DNA of 64,000 nucleotides from Candidatus Abyssobacteria bacterium SURF_5 (lineage in GTDB: Bacteria > Abyssobacteria > SURF-5): the NCBI GenBank assembly GCA_003598085.1, contig QZKU01000145.1:9123-73122 (forward strand). The letters run 5' to 3'. Made by a program: the position numbers and the translations under genes. The notes below the pieces were generated by a model, which did no database searches, had not been told where the DNA came from, and saw only the letters and a program-made list of their open reading frames with translations. Positions 45,707 through 54,388 of the stretch are shown here, piece after piece (position 1 is the stretch's first letter; each line of letters opens with the position of its first letter).

Positions 45707-46585
45707 ATGGAATTCGGACTCTTTCTCGGATGTAATACCCCCGCAATCAGGCCGGACGTCGAGCGCGCAATCCGGCTCACCATGCCGAAGCTCGGAGTCG
45801 ATCTGATAGACCTCGAGGGCTACGTCTGCTGCCCGGCTTTCGGCACGTTTCCCTCAGCCGATGAAGACTCCCACCTGGCGGTCAGCGGTTGGAATCTCTC
45901 GCTCGCCGAGCAGAAGGGGCTCGATCTGCTGGTCGAATGCGGCTCGTGCTACAGCTCATTGCGGATGGGGAGGGAACACATCCTCCATGATGAAAAGAAA
46001 AGGGCGCGCGTGAACGAACTGCTGCAGCCGGTGGGGAGGACGGTCGAGGGCAAAACGAAGGTGCGCCATATCAGCGACGTTCTCTACAACGACGTAGGCC
46101 TGGAGAAGATCGCCGCCAGCATCGACAAGAAACTCGAAGGATTGCACGCCGTCGTGCAATACCCCTGCCACACTCTGTTTCCCAGCGAACACGTGGGTTT
46201 TGACAGCCCGCCGGCGCGGCCCCATATCATGCGTGACCTCGTCGAGGCGCTGGGAGCGAAAGTCGACGCCTTCAGCCGCGAGTACCAATGCTGCGGCGGC
46301 GCTGGCGGCTTCCATGGAACTTCTTCCGCTGAAGCGCGCGCTTTTGCGCAAAGCAAATTCGACGCCATTAAAAAAGAGACGCAGGCGGATTTTATTGTCG
46401 TCTCCTGCATTACCTGCCTCATGTTCCTCGATAATGTTCAAAAAGAGTTGAATGAAGGCAACGGTAAATACAATCTTCCCGTTTTTGATTACAACCAGAT
46501 ACTGGCGCTCTGCATGGGCTTCGATCCGAAACAGGTGGCTCCCATCTGCAGCGTTCCAAGAGACACAATCATTAGCAGGCTCTGA
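45707..46585 (+). CDS. hdrB: Heterodisulfide reductase subunit B-like
   Basis: FLGC, CCPAFG, CGSC, YPCH, CCGGAGG, CITC: two CCG domains. Confidence 0.9.
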   Translation: MEFGLFLGCNTPAIRPDVERAIRLTMPKLGVDLIDLEGYVCCPAFGTFPSADEDSHLAVSGWNLSLAEQKGLDLLVECGSCYSSLRMGREHILHDEKKRARVNELLQPVGRTVEGKTKVRHISDVLYNDVGLEKIAASIDKKLEGLHAVVQYPCHTLFPSEHVGFDSPPARPHIMRDLVEALGAKVDAFSREYQCCGGAGGFHGTSSAEARAFAQSKFDAIKKETQADFIVVSCITCLMFLDNVQKELNEGNGKYNLPVFDYNQILALCMGFDPKQVAPICSVPRDTIISRL

Positions 46586-46618
46586 AGCCTGCTTGAGATT
46601 CATGGGAAACGTGATTTT

Positions 46619-48085
46619 ATGGTTGAAAGAGATTTTACGCAGTGGCTTCACGCCGAGCTTTTTGATCGGGTCCCGAGCAACGTCGCGATAATTAATCGAA
46701 AGTATCACATCATCGATGCCAACCAAAACTTCTCCGCCGAGTTCGGTGAGTGGAACGGCAAGTTCTGCTATGAGGTTTTCAGGGGACGCAAGACTCCGTG
46801 CCTCTCCTGCAAGGCGGACTTGACGTTCGCCGACGGCAAGGGGCGCGTGAGCGAAGAGCGGCGCCTGAACCGCAACGGCAAATATTCCTACTATGTCGTA
46901 TATTTTGAGCCGATCAAGAACAGCGCGGGCGACATCCTGTACGTGATCGAGATGTCCTCCGATATCACCGAGACGCGCCTGCTCCAGAGAGAGCACGACA
47001 TCATCTTTGACCGCGTCCCCTGTTATGTGGCCGTCATCGACAACGACATGACAATCTCCCGCAACAACGAGCTGTTCCGCAAGACCTTCGGCGAATCCAT
47101 CGGGAGAAAATGCTATGATATCTATCAGCACCGATCCGAGCCGTGCGAGGATTGCCCCGCCATGCAAACATTCACCGACGGTCAGACGCACGTCGCCAGC
47201 AAAACGGGTTTGGATAAAACCGGCCAGCCGGTTTATTATCACGTGACCACTGCTCCTCTCTCGCGGGAAGGTCGTGAGCCTTCGCACGTGATCGAAATGG
47301 CCCTGGACATCACCGAGGTAAAGCAACTGGAACGGGAAGTGCTCGAGGCCGAGCGGCTCGCGGCGGTCGGAGAGACAGTGGCCGGCCTGGCGCATGGCAT
47401 AAAAAACGTGCTCCAGGGCCTCGAGGGCGGCGTCTACGTGCTGAAGACCGCCATGGAAACCGATGACAAGGACCTCACAGGGCAAGGCTGGGACATGCTG
47501 GAGGAAAATGTCGACCGCATCAGCGCCTACGTGAAAGACTTCCTGAATTTCGCCAAAGGACACGCGCCGCACGTGGAGCGGGTCGATCCGGTGCAGGTGG
47601 CAAAAGCGGTTTATGACCTCTACAAGGATGTGGCCGACCGGAGCGGCGTAAAGCTGCTGTTCGACCCTCAGGAAGGCATCGATCCCGCCAACCTCGACCA
47701 CGAAGGTATTCACGTGTGCCTCTCGAACCTGATCTCCAACGCCGTCGACGCCTGTGAAATGAGCGACAATCCGCATTGCGAGGTTCGGCTCTCGGTGTTC
47801 GAGCGAAACGGCAGTCTGATCTATGAGGTCGCCGACGACGGCTGCGGAATGGACTACGAAGTCAAAAAAAAGGTGTTTACGACCTTCTTTTCCACCAAAG
47901 GAACCGCCAGGGGAACGGGTCTGGGATTGCTCGTCACCCGCAGGATCACCCAGCAGCACGGGGGGAAGGTCGTCTTCGAATCAATCGAGGGTGAAGGCTC
48001 CATTTTCCGACTGAAGTTCCCGCGAAATCGGCTGCCCGAATTGTCCCAGCCGCAGCCGGACAACGGGGAAGCCGCTGATCAATGA
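46619..48085 (+). CDS. Cytoplasmic histidine kinase with two Cys-rich PAS domains
   Basis: Two PAS domains, each with C-x10-C-x2-C; LAHGIKN, NLISNA, DDGCG, FFSTK, GTGLGL. Confidence 0.92.
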   Translation: MVERDFTQWLHAELFDRVPSNVAIINRKYHIIDANQNFSAEFGEWNGKFCYEVFRGRKTPCLSCKADLTFADGKGRVSEERRLNRNGKYSYYVVYFEPIKNSAGDILYVIEMSSDITETRLLQREHDIIFDRVPCYVAVIDNDMTISRNNELFRKTFGESIGRKCYDIYQHRSEPCEDCPAMQTFTDGQTHVASKTGLDKTGQPVYYHVTTAPLSREGREPSHVIEMALDITEVKQLEREVLEAERLAAVGETVAGLAHGIKNVLQGLEGGVYVLKTAMETDDKDLTGQGWDMLEENVDRISAYVKDFLNFAKGHAPHVERVDPVQVAKAVYDLYKDVADRSGVKLLFDPQEGIDPANLDHEGIHVCLSNLISNAVDACEMSDNPHCEVRLSVFERNGSLIYEVADDGCGMDYEVKKKVFTTFFSTKGTARGTGLGLLVTRRITQQHGGKVVFESIEGEGSIFRLKFPRNRLPELSQPQPDNGEAADQ

Positions 48086-48095
48086 AAAGGAGGGT

Positions 48096-48659
48096 ATGCC
48101 GGTGACGCAACCTTCGGAAAAAACCGTTCTCGTGGTTGATGATGAAAAAAACGTGAGGCTCTTTCTGAAGACCGTTCTCGAGAAGGCCGGTTTCAGAGTC
48201 GAGACCGCCGCCGACGGTCTCGAGGCGCTGGAAAAGGTGAAGGCGAATCCTCCGGATGTGATTTCGCTTGACCTCGTGATGCCAAAGAAATCGGGAGCCA
48301 CATTTCTGCTCGAAATCCGCAAAGACAAGGAACTGCAGAACATCCCGGTAGTCTTGGTCACCGCCCACGCAAAGGATGCCTTAGGCAAGGAAGATTTTGA
48401 TACGATCATGTCCGGCGAAACGATCCGAAGCCCGGAGTCGTACCTGACAAAACCGGTCAAGGCCGAAACCTATCTCAACAGCATAAAGCGCGCGCTCGAC
48501 ACCAAACACATCAAGACGCTGGTGACCGCCGGAGTCACCGGGTCAACATCAAAGAATATCAAAGATGAAATCAAAGAACTGCTCGATGAAGCGGATCCGG
48601 CCAAACTGCAAGAGGCGCTTCGCATCCTGAAGGAAAGAAAACAAGGCGAAGAAAAGTAA
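48096..48659 (+). CDS. Response regulator (REC plus short helical tail, no DNA-binding domain)
   Basis: VVDDE, SLDLVMPKKSG, VTA, LTKP. Confidence 0.9.
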   Translation: MPVTQPSEKTVLVVDDEKNVRLFLKTVLEKAGFRVETAADGLEALEKVKANPPDVISLDLVMPKKSGATFLLEIRKDKELQNIPVVLVTAHAKDALGKEDFDTIMSGETIRSPESYLTKPVKAETYLNSIKRALDTKHIKTLVTAGVTGSTSKNIKDEIKELLDEADPAKLQEALRILKERKQGEEK

Positions 48660-48771
48660 CGGCTTCCTCATCGCGCCGGCCTCATGTGCTCCGCCCGGCA
48701 AAAGCAACACGACCATCGCTTCCCCCGATTCAGCTAACGCGCCCCCCATGGCGCAAGCGCTCGAACCACTC

Positions 48772-50151
48772 TTAAGATGGGGGCATACTCTCTGCGGTTT
48801 CGCCGTTATTGGCCAGAATGCCGTACTTCGACATTTTCCTCCAGAGCGTAACGCGATGCATGCCGAGCTCGCGGGCTGACCTGCTGCAGTTGCCTCCGTT
48901 CCGAATCAGCGCCTCTCGAATGATTGCTTCTTCTGAACTGTTCCCATTGAACGAGCCATTATGGCCGTTCTCGACGTTTTGCACCGCCTCCAGTATCCTC
49001 TGAGGGAGGTGCTCTGCCTCTATCACATTCCCCTCGCAAATCACAAACGCGTGCTCGATGGCGTTCTCCAGTTCCCGCACGTTTCCCGGGAAATCGTGCT
49101 TTCTCAGAAGATTCAATGCTCCATCGGATACCCGGCGGATGTCCTTCTTGCGCTTCCCCCGAAATTTCCTGATGAAGTGCTCAATGAGAATCGGCAAATC
49201 CTCCAGCCGCTCCCGGAGCGGAGGAACCACGATACTGATGACGTTAATACGATAATACAGATCCTCCCGAAACGCGCCCTGCTCGACCATGTGCTTGATA
49301 TCCTGATTTGTGGACGTGATTATCCGGGCGTCCGCCTGCAGCATGCGCGTCGATCCCAGGGGTTGGTATTCCCCGTTATTCAACACCCTCAGCAGCTTCA
49401 CCTGCAGCGAAAGCGGCATATCTCCGATCTCATCCAGAAGCAGCGTGCCGCCTTGAGCCAAATAAAACATTCCCGGCTTGTCCCGCTTCGCATCGGTGAA
49501 AGCTCCCCGCGCATACCCGAACAGCTCCGATTCCAGCAACGTCTCCGGCAGCGCGGCGCAGTTGATGCGGATGTACGCGTTATGTTTGCGCGGACTCATG
49601 TTATGAAGCGCCTGCGCCAACAGCTCCTTCCCCGACCCGCTGGGGCCCTGGATCACCACGTTGCATTCCGACTCGGCAATGTTGGGCAACAGCTTGAAGA
49701 TGTGTTGCATCTTCTCATTGCAACTGACGATGTTCTCCAACCCCCGCAGCTTGCTGATCCTGTTCTGCAGGTTCTCGATTTCCGAAAGATCGCGAAAAAA
49801 TTCCACCGCGCCGACACAACGATCGGAACCGTCCCGCAACAGCGTCGTGCTGACACTGACCGGAAGCTTGCGACCATCCCGCCTGATGATGGTCACGCGT
49901 ACGTTGCTCGCGGACTTCCCGTTCTCCAGCGTGCTCCGCAACGCGCAGCCTCTCTGACACAGGTCCGTCCTGAATATGTCAAAACAGTACTTCCCAATGA
50001 CCTCCTCCCGCGTGAATCCCGATATCCTTTCCGCCGACCGGTTCAGCGATGTGATTCGGCACTCCTTGTCCGTCGTGAATACGCCCTCATCGATGCTGTC
50101 AAAGATAATCTGCGAAATGCCCTTCTGTTCACGGTCTTCTATTGTTGTCAT
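48772..50151 (-). CDS. sigma54-dependent transcriptional activator (PAS-AAA+-HTH), OrpR-like
   Basis: PAS with C-x8-C-x3-C; GPSGSGKE, ESELFG, GAFTDA, LLLDEIGD, FREDLYYR, PGNVREL, Fis-type HTH. Confidence 0.93.
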   Translation of the reverse strand: MTTIEDREQKGISQIIFDSIDEGVFTTDKECRITSLNRSAERISGFTREEVIGKYCFDIFRTDLCQRGCALRSTLENGKSASNVRVTIIRRDGRKLPVSVSTTLLRDGSDRCVGAVEFFRDLSEIENLQNRISKLRGLENIVSCNEKMQHIFKLLPNIAESECNVVIQGPSGSGKELLAQALHNMSPRKHNAYIRINCAALPETLLESELFGYARGAFTDAKRDKPGMFYLAQGGTLLLDEIGDMPLSLQVKLLRVLNNGEYQPLGSTRMLQADARIITSTNQDIKHMVEQGAFREDLYYRINVISIVVPPLRERLEDLPILIEHFIRKFRGKRKKDIRRVSDGALNLLRKHDFPGNVRELENAIEHAFVICEGNVIEAEHLPQRILEAVQNVENGHNGSFNGNSSEEAIIREALIRNGGNCSRSARELGMHRVTLWRKMSKYGILANNGETAESMPPS

Positions 50152-50199
50152 TGCTCCTCACCAAAAATATCTCTCCTTGCCTCTTTCAGAAAGATAACT

Positions 50200-50214
50200 G
50201 CATCGATCGTGCCA
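50200..50214 (-). promoter_or_regulatory. sigma54 promoter upstream of the activator gene
   Basis: Minus strand TGGCAC-GATCG-ATGC(A), about 50 nt upstream of the start. Confidence 0.6.
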
Positions 50215-50333
50215 TGTTGGACCAACAATGGACAGCCTCCTCTAACTCATTCGTAATCAATACGATACGGATGACAACAGCACAGCTCAGTAACAAGTCC
50301 GCAACCCGCAAATAGTAGAAATGCAATAGTCGG

Positions 50334-50362
50334 TGTAACACGGCTGTTGCATCCCTGCAGCA
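50334..50362. promoter_or_regulatory. Candidate activator-binding site (three helically phased heptamers)
   Basis: TGTAACA, TGTTGCA and TGCAGCA at 50334, 50345 and 50356 (11-bp period), about 120-150 nt upstream of the sigma54 site. Confidence 0.4.
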
Positions 50363-50522
50363 TTCTGCTCCAGCGGAAGGCATTGCTTCCCTCCGACCTG
50401 CCCGACGGAAACCTTGTTTCGCGGTCGACTTTCAGCGGGAAATCAGAGAGGACGAGAAACGGCAACTGGAGGGTTTGCATCCTGCAGAAAAGCACGCAAC
50501 GGCTGAATATTCGACCACCAGC

Positions 50523-51848
50523 CTACGCGCCGAGCTTGAGGAGATATCTCAACACGAACAGGAACGCAAAAGTATAGACGAACGCATTTACTTCCCTGCC
50601 GCGCCCGCTCATCAGCTTCAGCAGGGCATAGGCGATGAAGCCGAAGGCGATTCCGTCGGTAATGCTGAAAGTCAGCGGCATGACGATCAGCGTCAGGAAC
50701 GCGGGCAGCGACTCGGTGTAGTCCTCCCATTTGATCGATCTCACGCTGGTCATCATCATGCTGCCGACGATAATCAGCGGGGGAGCTATGACCGGGTAAA
50801 GGGGAATGCCTCCATACTCGACCGCGCCTCCAACCATCCGGGTCAGCGGATAAAAGAAAAGGGCGAGCAGGAAGAGGCCCGCCGTCACCATGTTGGCCAG
50901 CCCGGTGCGCGCCCCCGCCGTGACTCCCGCAGCGCTCTCGATATAGCTGGTGACAGTCGACGTGCCGAGCAGCGTTCCGCTGACCGTTCCGATTGCGTCC
51001 GACAACAGCGCCTGCCCCGCCCGCGGCAGTTTCCCATTGACCAGGAAACCGGCCCGTTCGCTGATACCGATAAGGGTGCCGACCGTGTCGAACAGATCGA
51101 GGAAGAAGAACACGAAAATGATCGCCAGCAGATTCGACAGCCCTTGATCCCTGAATAATCCAAGGATATCCAGCTTCAAAAAGGTCGGCGCAATCGATGG
51201 CGGACGTCCGATGATCCCCTGAAATTCTATCAGGTGAAAAATCCATCCGAGCAGGGTGGTCACGAGGATTCCAATCAGAATGGCGCCGCGCACACGAAGC
51301 GCAAGAAGACCCGAGATAACCAGAATCCCGAACAGCGACAACAGGACTGGCGGGCTATGCAGATCGCCCAGCCCCACCAGTGTCCCTTCCCGCGCCACGA
51401 CCAGGCCCGACCACTCCATCCCCACCATCGCGATCAGGAGCCCGATTCCGACAGCTATCGCGCTCTTGAGCGACTGCGGAATCGCCTCCATGATCCGGAC
51501 GCGGAACTTGACAGTGGATAAGATGATGAACAACGTGCCCGAAATGCAATTCGCGGCGAGCGCTTGCTGCCAGGTGTAACCCATGAATTGGCATACGGTG
51601 AAGACAAAGAAGAAGTTGTGACCCATTGCCGGCGCGAGCGCGACGGGATAGCCGGCCAGCACCCCCATCAGAAAGGTGGCCAATGCGCTCGAGAGACAGG
51701 TCGCGGCGAGGACGGCTCCGTGGTCCATCCCGCAGATGCTCAGCACCGTCGGTTGAACGAACACGATATAGGACATCGTCATGAAGGTGGTGGCGCCGCC
51801 CACAACTTCCGTCCGAATGTCGGCGCCTCTGAGCTGGAGGTTGAACAT
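50523..51848 (-). CDS. NCS2/AzgA family purine permease
   Basis: TTFMTMSYIVFV, LAPAMG, DLFDTVGTL, TSYIESAAG...GARTG, SITDGIAFG. Confidence 0.93.
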   Translation of the reverse strand: MFNLQLRGADIRTEVVGGATTFMTMSYIVFVQPTVLSICGMDHGAVLAATCLSSALATFLMGVLAGYPVALAPAMGHNFFFVFTVCQFMGYTWQQALAANCISGTLFIILSTVKFRVRIMEAIPQSLKSAIAVGIGLLIAMVGMEWSGLVVAREGTLVGLGDLHSPPVLLSLFGILVISGLLALRVRGAILIGILVTTLLGWIFHLIEFQGIIGRPPSIAPTFLKLDILGLFRDQGLSNLLAIIFVFFFLDLFDTVGTLIGISERAGFLVNGKLPRAGQALLSDAIGTVSGTLLGTSTVTSYIESAAGVTAGARTGLANMVTAGLFLLALFFYPLTRMVGGAVEYGGIPLYPVIAPPLIIVGSMMMTSVRSIKWEDYTESLPAFLTLIVMPLTFSITDGIAFGFIAYALLKLMSGRGREVNAFVYTFAFLFVLRYLLKLGA

Positions 51849-51913
51849 GAGGAGTCTCCTCTGTTCATAAAAGGGAGAGCGTCACATCAGCGAGCGTAAC
51901 GGGCGTTGAGGGT

Positions 51914-52408
51914 TTACTGTTCTCGCTGAACGTAGAATTTCTCTTTCAGCCTGCGCTCGACCACCTCGGGAACGAACGCGCTGATATCTCCGCCGAACTC
52001 TATCAGTTCTTTCACCAGGCTCGAGCTGATGAACGAATAGTTTTCATGTGTCATCAAGAAAATCGTCTCAAAGTTGTCATTCAATTTCCGATTCGTCAAG
52101 GCCATCTGGAATTCGAATTCAAAATCGGAAAATGCGCGCAGGCCCCGCACGACGCAGCACGCACCACATCTGCGCACGTAATCGACGAGCAGGCCGTCAA
52201 ACGAATCGACGCGCACCGTCGGATATTCCATGGTCAACTCGCGGATCATCTTCAGCCTTTCCTGAATCGAGAACAAGCCGGCTTTGCGAATATTATGGGC
52301 AACGGCGACAATAAGTTCGTCGAACAGACCCACGGCGCGCTCGATAAGATCGATATGGCCGTAGGTGATAGGGTCAAAACTGCCAGGATAGATAGCCGTT
52401 CGCTTCAT
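51914..52408 (-). CDS. coaD: Phosphopantetheine adenylyltransferase
   Basis: YPGSFDPITYGH, RGLRAFSDFEFE, ISSSLVKE. Confidence 0.97.
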   Translation of the reverse strand: MKRTAIYPGSFDPITYGHIDLIERAVGLFDELIVAVAHNIRKAGLFSIQERLKMIRELTMEYPTVRVDSFDGLLVDYVRRCGACCVVRGLRAFSDFEFEFQMALTNRKLNDNFETIFLMTHENYSFISSSLVKELIEFGGDISAFVPEVVERRLKEKFYVQREQ

Positions 52409-53592
52409 GCCAAATCTCCTAAATCCCTTCTTGCCGCATATTTTGCCGCGTCATAAACCGCCTTCAGAGGTATGTTCCGATTCCGGGCAAGCGCCTTGCA
52501 ATCTTCGAATTCCGGCGACACCGAAAGCGTCCGTTCCTGTCCCGTTCCGATCTTCACCCTCACCTTCCCCCATTCGGTCTCCACCTCGATCACCCGCCGG
52601 TGCAGTTTCAGCCGCGCCTCACGATGATAGCGGATGCCGAAGGTTGTGGATTCGGAAAAAATGATCTCGGCCATCGCAGCGGTTCGGGACGGCTCGCACA
52701 ATATGGTGAGCAGCGTACCCGGTCGCGTCTTTTTCGACTGCGTCCCGGAAAGATAAACCTCGAGGGCTCCGTTCTCGAACAGCCGCTCCATGAGGTATTC
52801 GAAATTTTCAGGATTCATGTCGTCTATGGTGGTGTTCATGACCACAATGTCATCCGCGGCGTACGCATCCGCCGGCTCGGCAATGAGAGCGCGCAACAGG
52901 TTCGGCCAATCCGGGAAATCATTCTTGCCGGCGCCATAACCCTGTGCGAGCACCGTCTGCGGAGGAATCGGGCCGAAGCCGGACGCCAGCGATCGCAAAA
53001 GGACCGCCCCCGTCGGCGTCGCCAACTCCGCCTGTGGTCCTCTGGAATAGATAGGTATTCCCTCGAGCAGTTTCATTGTCGCCGGAGCGGGAACCGGCAG
53101 AACGCCGTGCCTGCACTCCACGAAACCGCCGCCGACGTTCACCGGCGAGGCCTGTACCTCCTGGATCCCCAATTTGTCCAGGGCAATCAGAGTGCCGACC
53201 ACGTCCACAATAGCGTCTATGGCGCCGACTTCATGAAAATGGATTTTATCCGGAGTAGTGGCATGAAGCGCCGCTTCCGTTTCGGCCAGGAACGAGAAAA
53301 TCCGCTTTGCCTTCTCCACAATCGGCTCGGCAAGCGAGCTGCGATCGAGAAGGCTCTGAATCTGGTGGAGTCCGCGCTCGCCCGGCCGTTCTTCGTCCAC
53401 GTGAACGAAGAAGTTGGTAGCGCTTAGATGTCGCCGCATCGTCTTCTCGGCATGCAGATGATATCCTTCAAGCGGCACGAGCCGAAGGCCTTCGCGCAGG
53501 GCATCGAGTTCCAGACCGGCATCGATCAACGAGCCGAGAATCATGTCTCCGCTGACGCCGGAAAAACAGTCAAGGTACAGGCAGCGGCGCAC
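52405..53592 (-). CDS. larC: Nickel-pincer cofactor nickel insertase LarC
   Basis: DCFSGVSGDM, HFHEVGAIDAIVD, HGVLPVPAPAT, TPTGA, IDDMNPE, TTFGIR, PEFEDC. Confidence 0.95.
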   Translation of the reverse strand: MRRCLYLDCFSGVSGDMILGSLIDAGLELDALREGLRLVPLEGYHLHAEKTMRRHLSATNFFVHVDEERPGERGLHQIQSLLDRSSLAEPIVEKAKRIFSFLAETEAALHATTPDKIHFHEVGAIDAIVDVVGTLIALDKLGIQEVQASPVNVGGGFVECRHGVLPVPAPATMKLLEGIPIYSRGPQAELATPTGAVLLRSLASGFGPIPPQTVLAQGYGAGKNDFPDWPNLLRALIAEPADAYAADDIVVMNTTIDDMNPENFEYLMERLFENGALEVYLSGTQSKKTRPGTLLTILCEPSRTAAMAEIIFSESTTFGIRYHREARLKLHRRVIEVETEWGKVRVKIGTGQERTLSVSPEFEDCKALARNRNIPLKAVYDAAKYAARRDLGDLA

Positions 53593-53623
53593 GTGTTACA
53601 TTCTCCGTGAGGTCACACGACCC

Positions 53624-54373
53624 CTATTTTTGCCGGGCGATAAGGCTGGCGAAGTAACCGGCGCCAAACCCGTTGTCGATGTTCACCACCGCAACGCCGG
53701 GCGAACAGGTATTCAGCATTCCCAGGAGCGCGGCCAGCCCATCAAAACTCGCGCCGTACCCAACGCTCGTGGGAACGGCGACTACAGGGCATTCTACCAG
53801 ACCGCCCACCACGCTTGCAAGCGCGCCCTCCATTCCGGCCGCCACCACCAACGCGTCCGCCTTCGCTATCTCTTTCCTGCGGTCGAAAAGCCGGTGGATG
53901 CCGGCCACGCCCACGTCGAAGATGCGCCTGACGCGGCAGCCCATCATCTCAGAGGTCAAGGCAGCCTCCTCGGCGACCGGAATGTCCGAGGTGCCCGCCG
54001 TTATGACCGTGACTGCCCCCTTTTTCCGCTTGATCGGATGCAGAATGATGGTCATCACGCGCGCGTCCTGATGGTAAACCGCCGTGGGGTGCACCTGGCG
54101 GACCGCCTCATAGATTTCGCGCGAAACCCGTGTCGCCAGCACGTTTCCATCGCGTTCGATCATCTTCCCCGTGATCGCCACCACCTGCTCCTTGGTTTTC
54201 CTTTCGCACAAGATGACTTCCGGAAAGCCCCTTCTCAAATGGCGGTGATGGTCGAGCTTGGCGAAACCGAGGTCCTCATACGGGAGCGACTTCAACGCGG
54301 AAACCGCCTCTTCAACGCTCACCTCGCCGCGTGACACTGCGGCAATAAGAGAGCGCAGTTTATCTGGATGCAT
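53624..54373 (-). CDS. larB: Nickel-pincer cofactor biosynthesis carboxylase/hydrolase LarB
   Basis: DHHR..RRGFPEV, AGTSDIPVAEEA, DVGVAGIHRL, AGMEGAL, PTSVGYG, VNIDNGFGA. Confidence 0.95.
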   Translation of the reverse strand: MHPDKLRSLIAAVSRGEVSVEEAVSALKSLPYEDLGFAKLDHHRHLRRGFPEVILCERKTKEQVVAITGKMIERDGNVLATRVSREIYEAVRQVHPTAVYHQDARVMTIILHPIKRKKGAVTVITAGTSDIPVAEEAALTSEMMGCRVRRIFDVGVAGIHRLFDRRKEIAKADALVVAAGMEGALASVVGGLVECPVVAVPTSVGYGASFDGLAALLGMLNTCSPGVAVVNIDNGFGAGYFASLIARQK

Positions 54374-54388
54374 GTATGGCCCTCTCCG

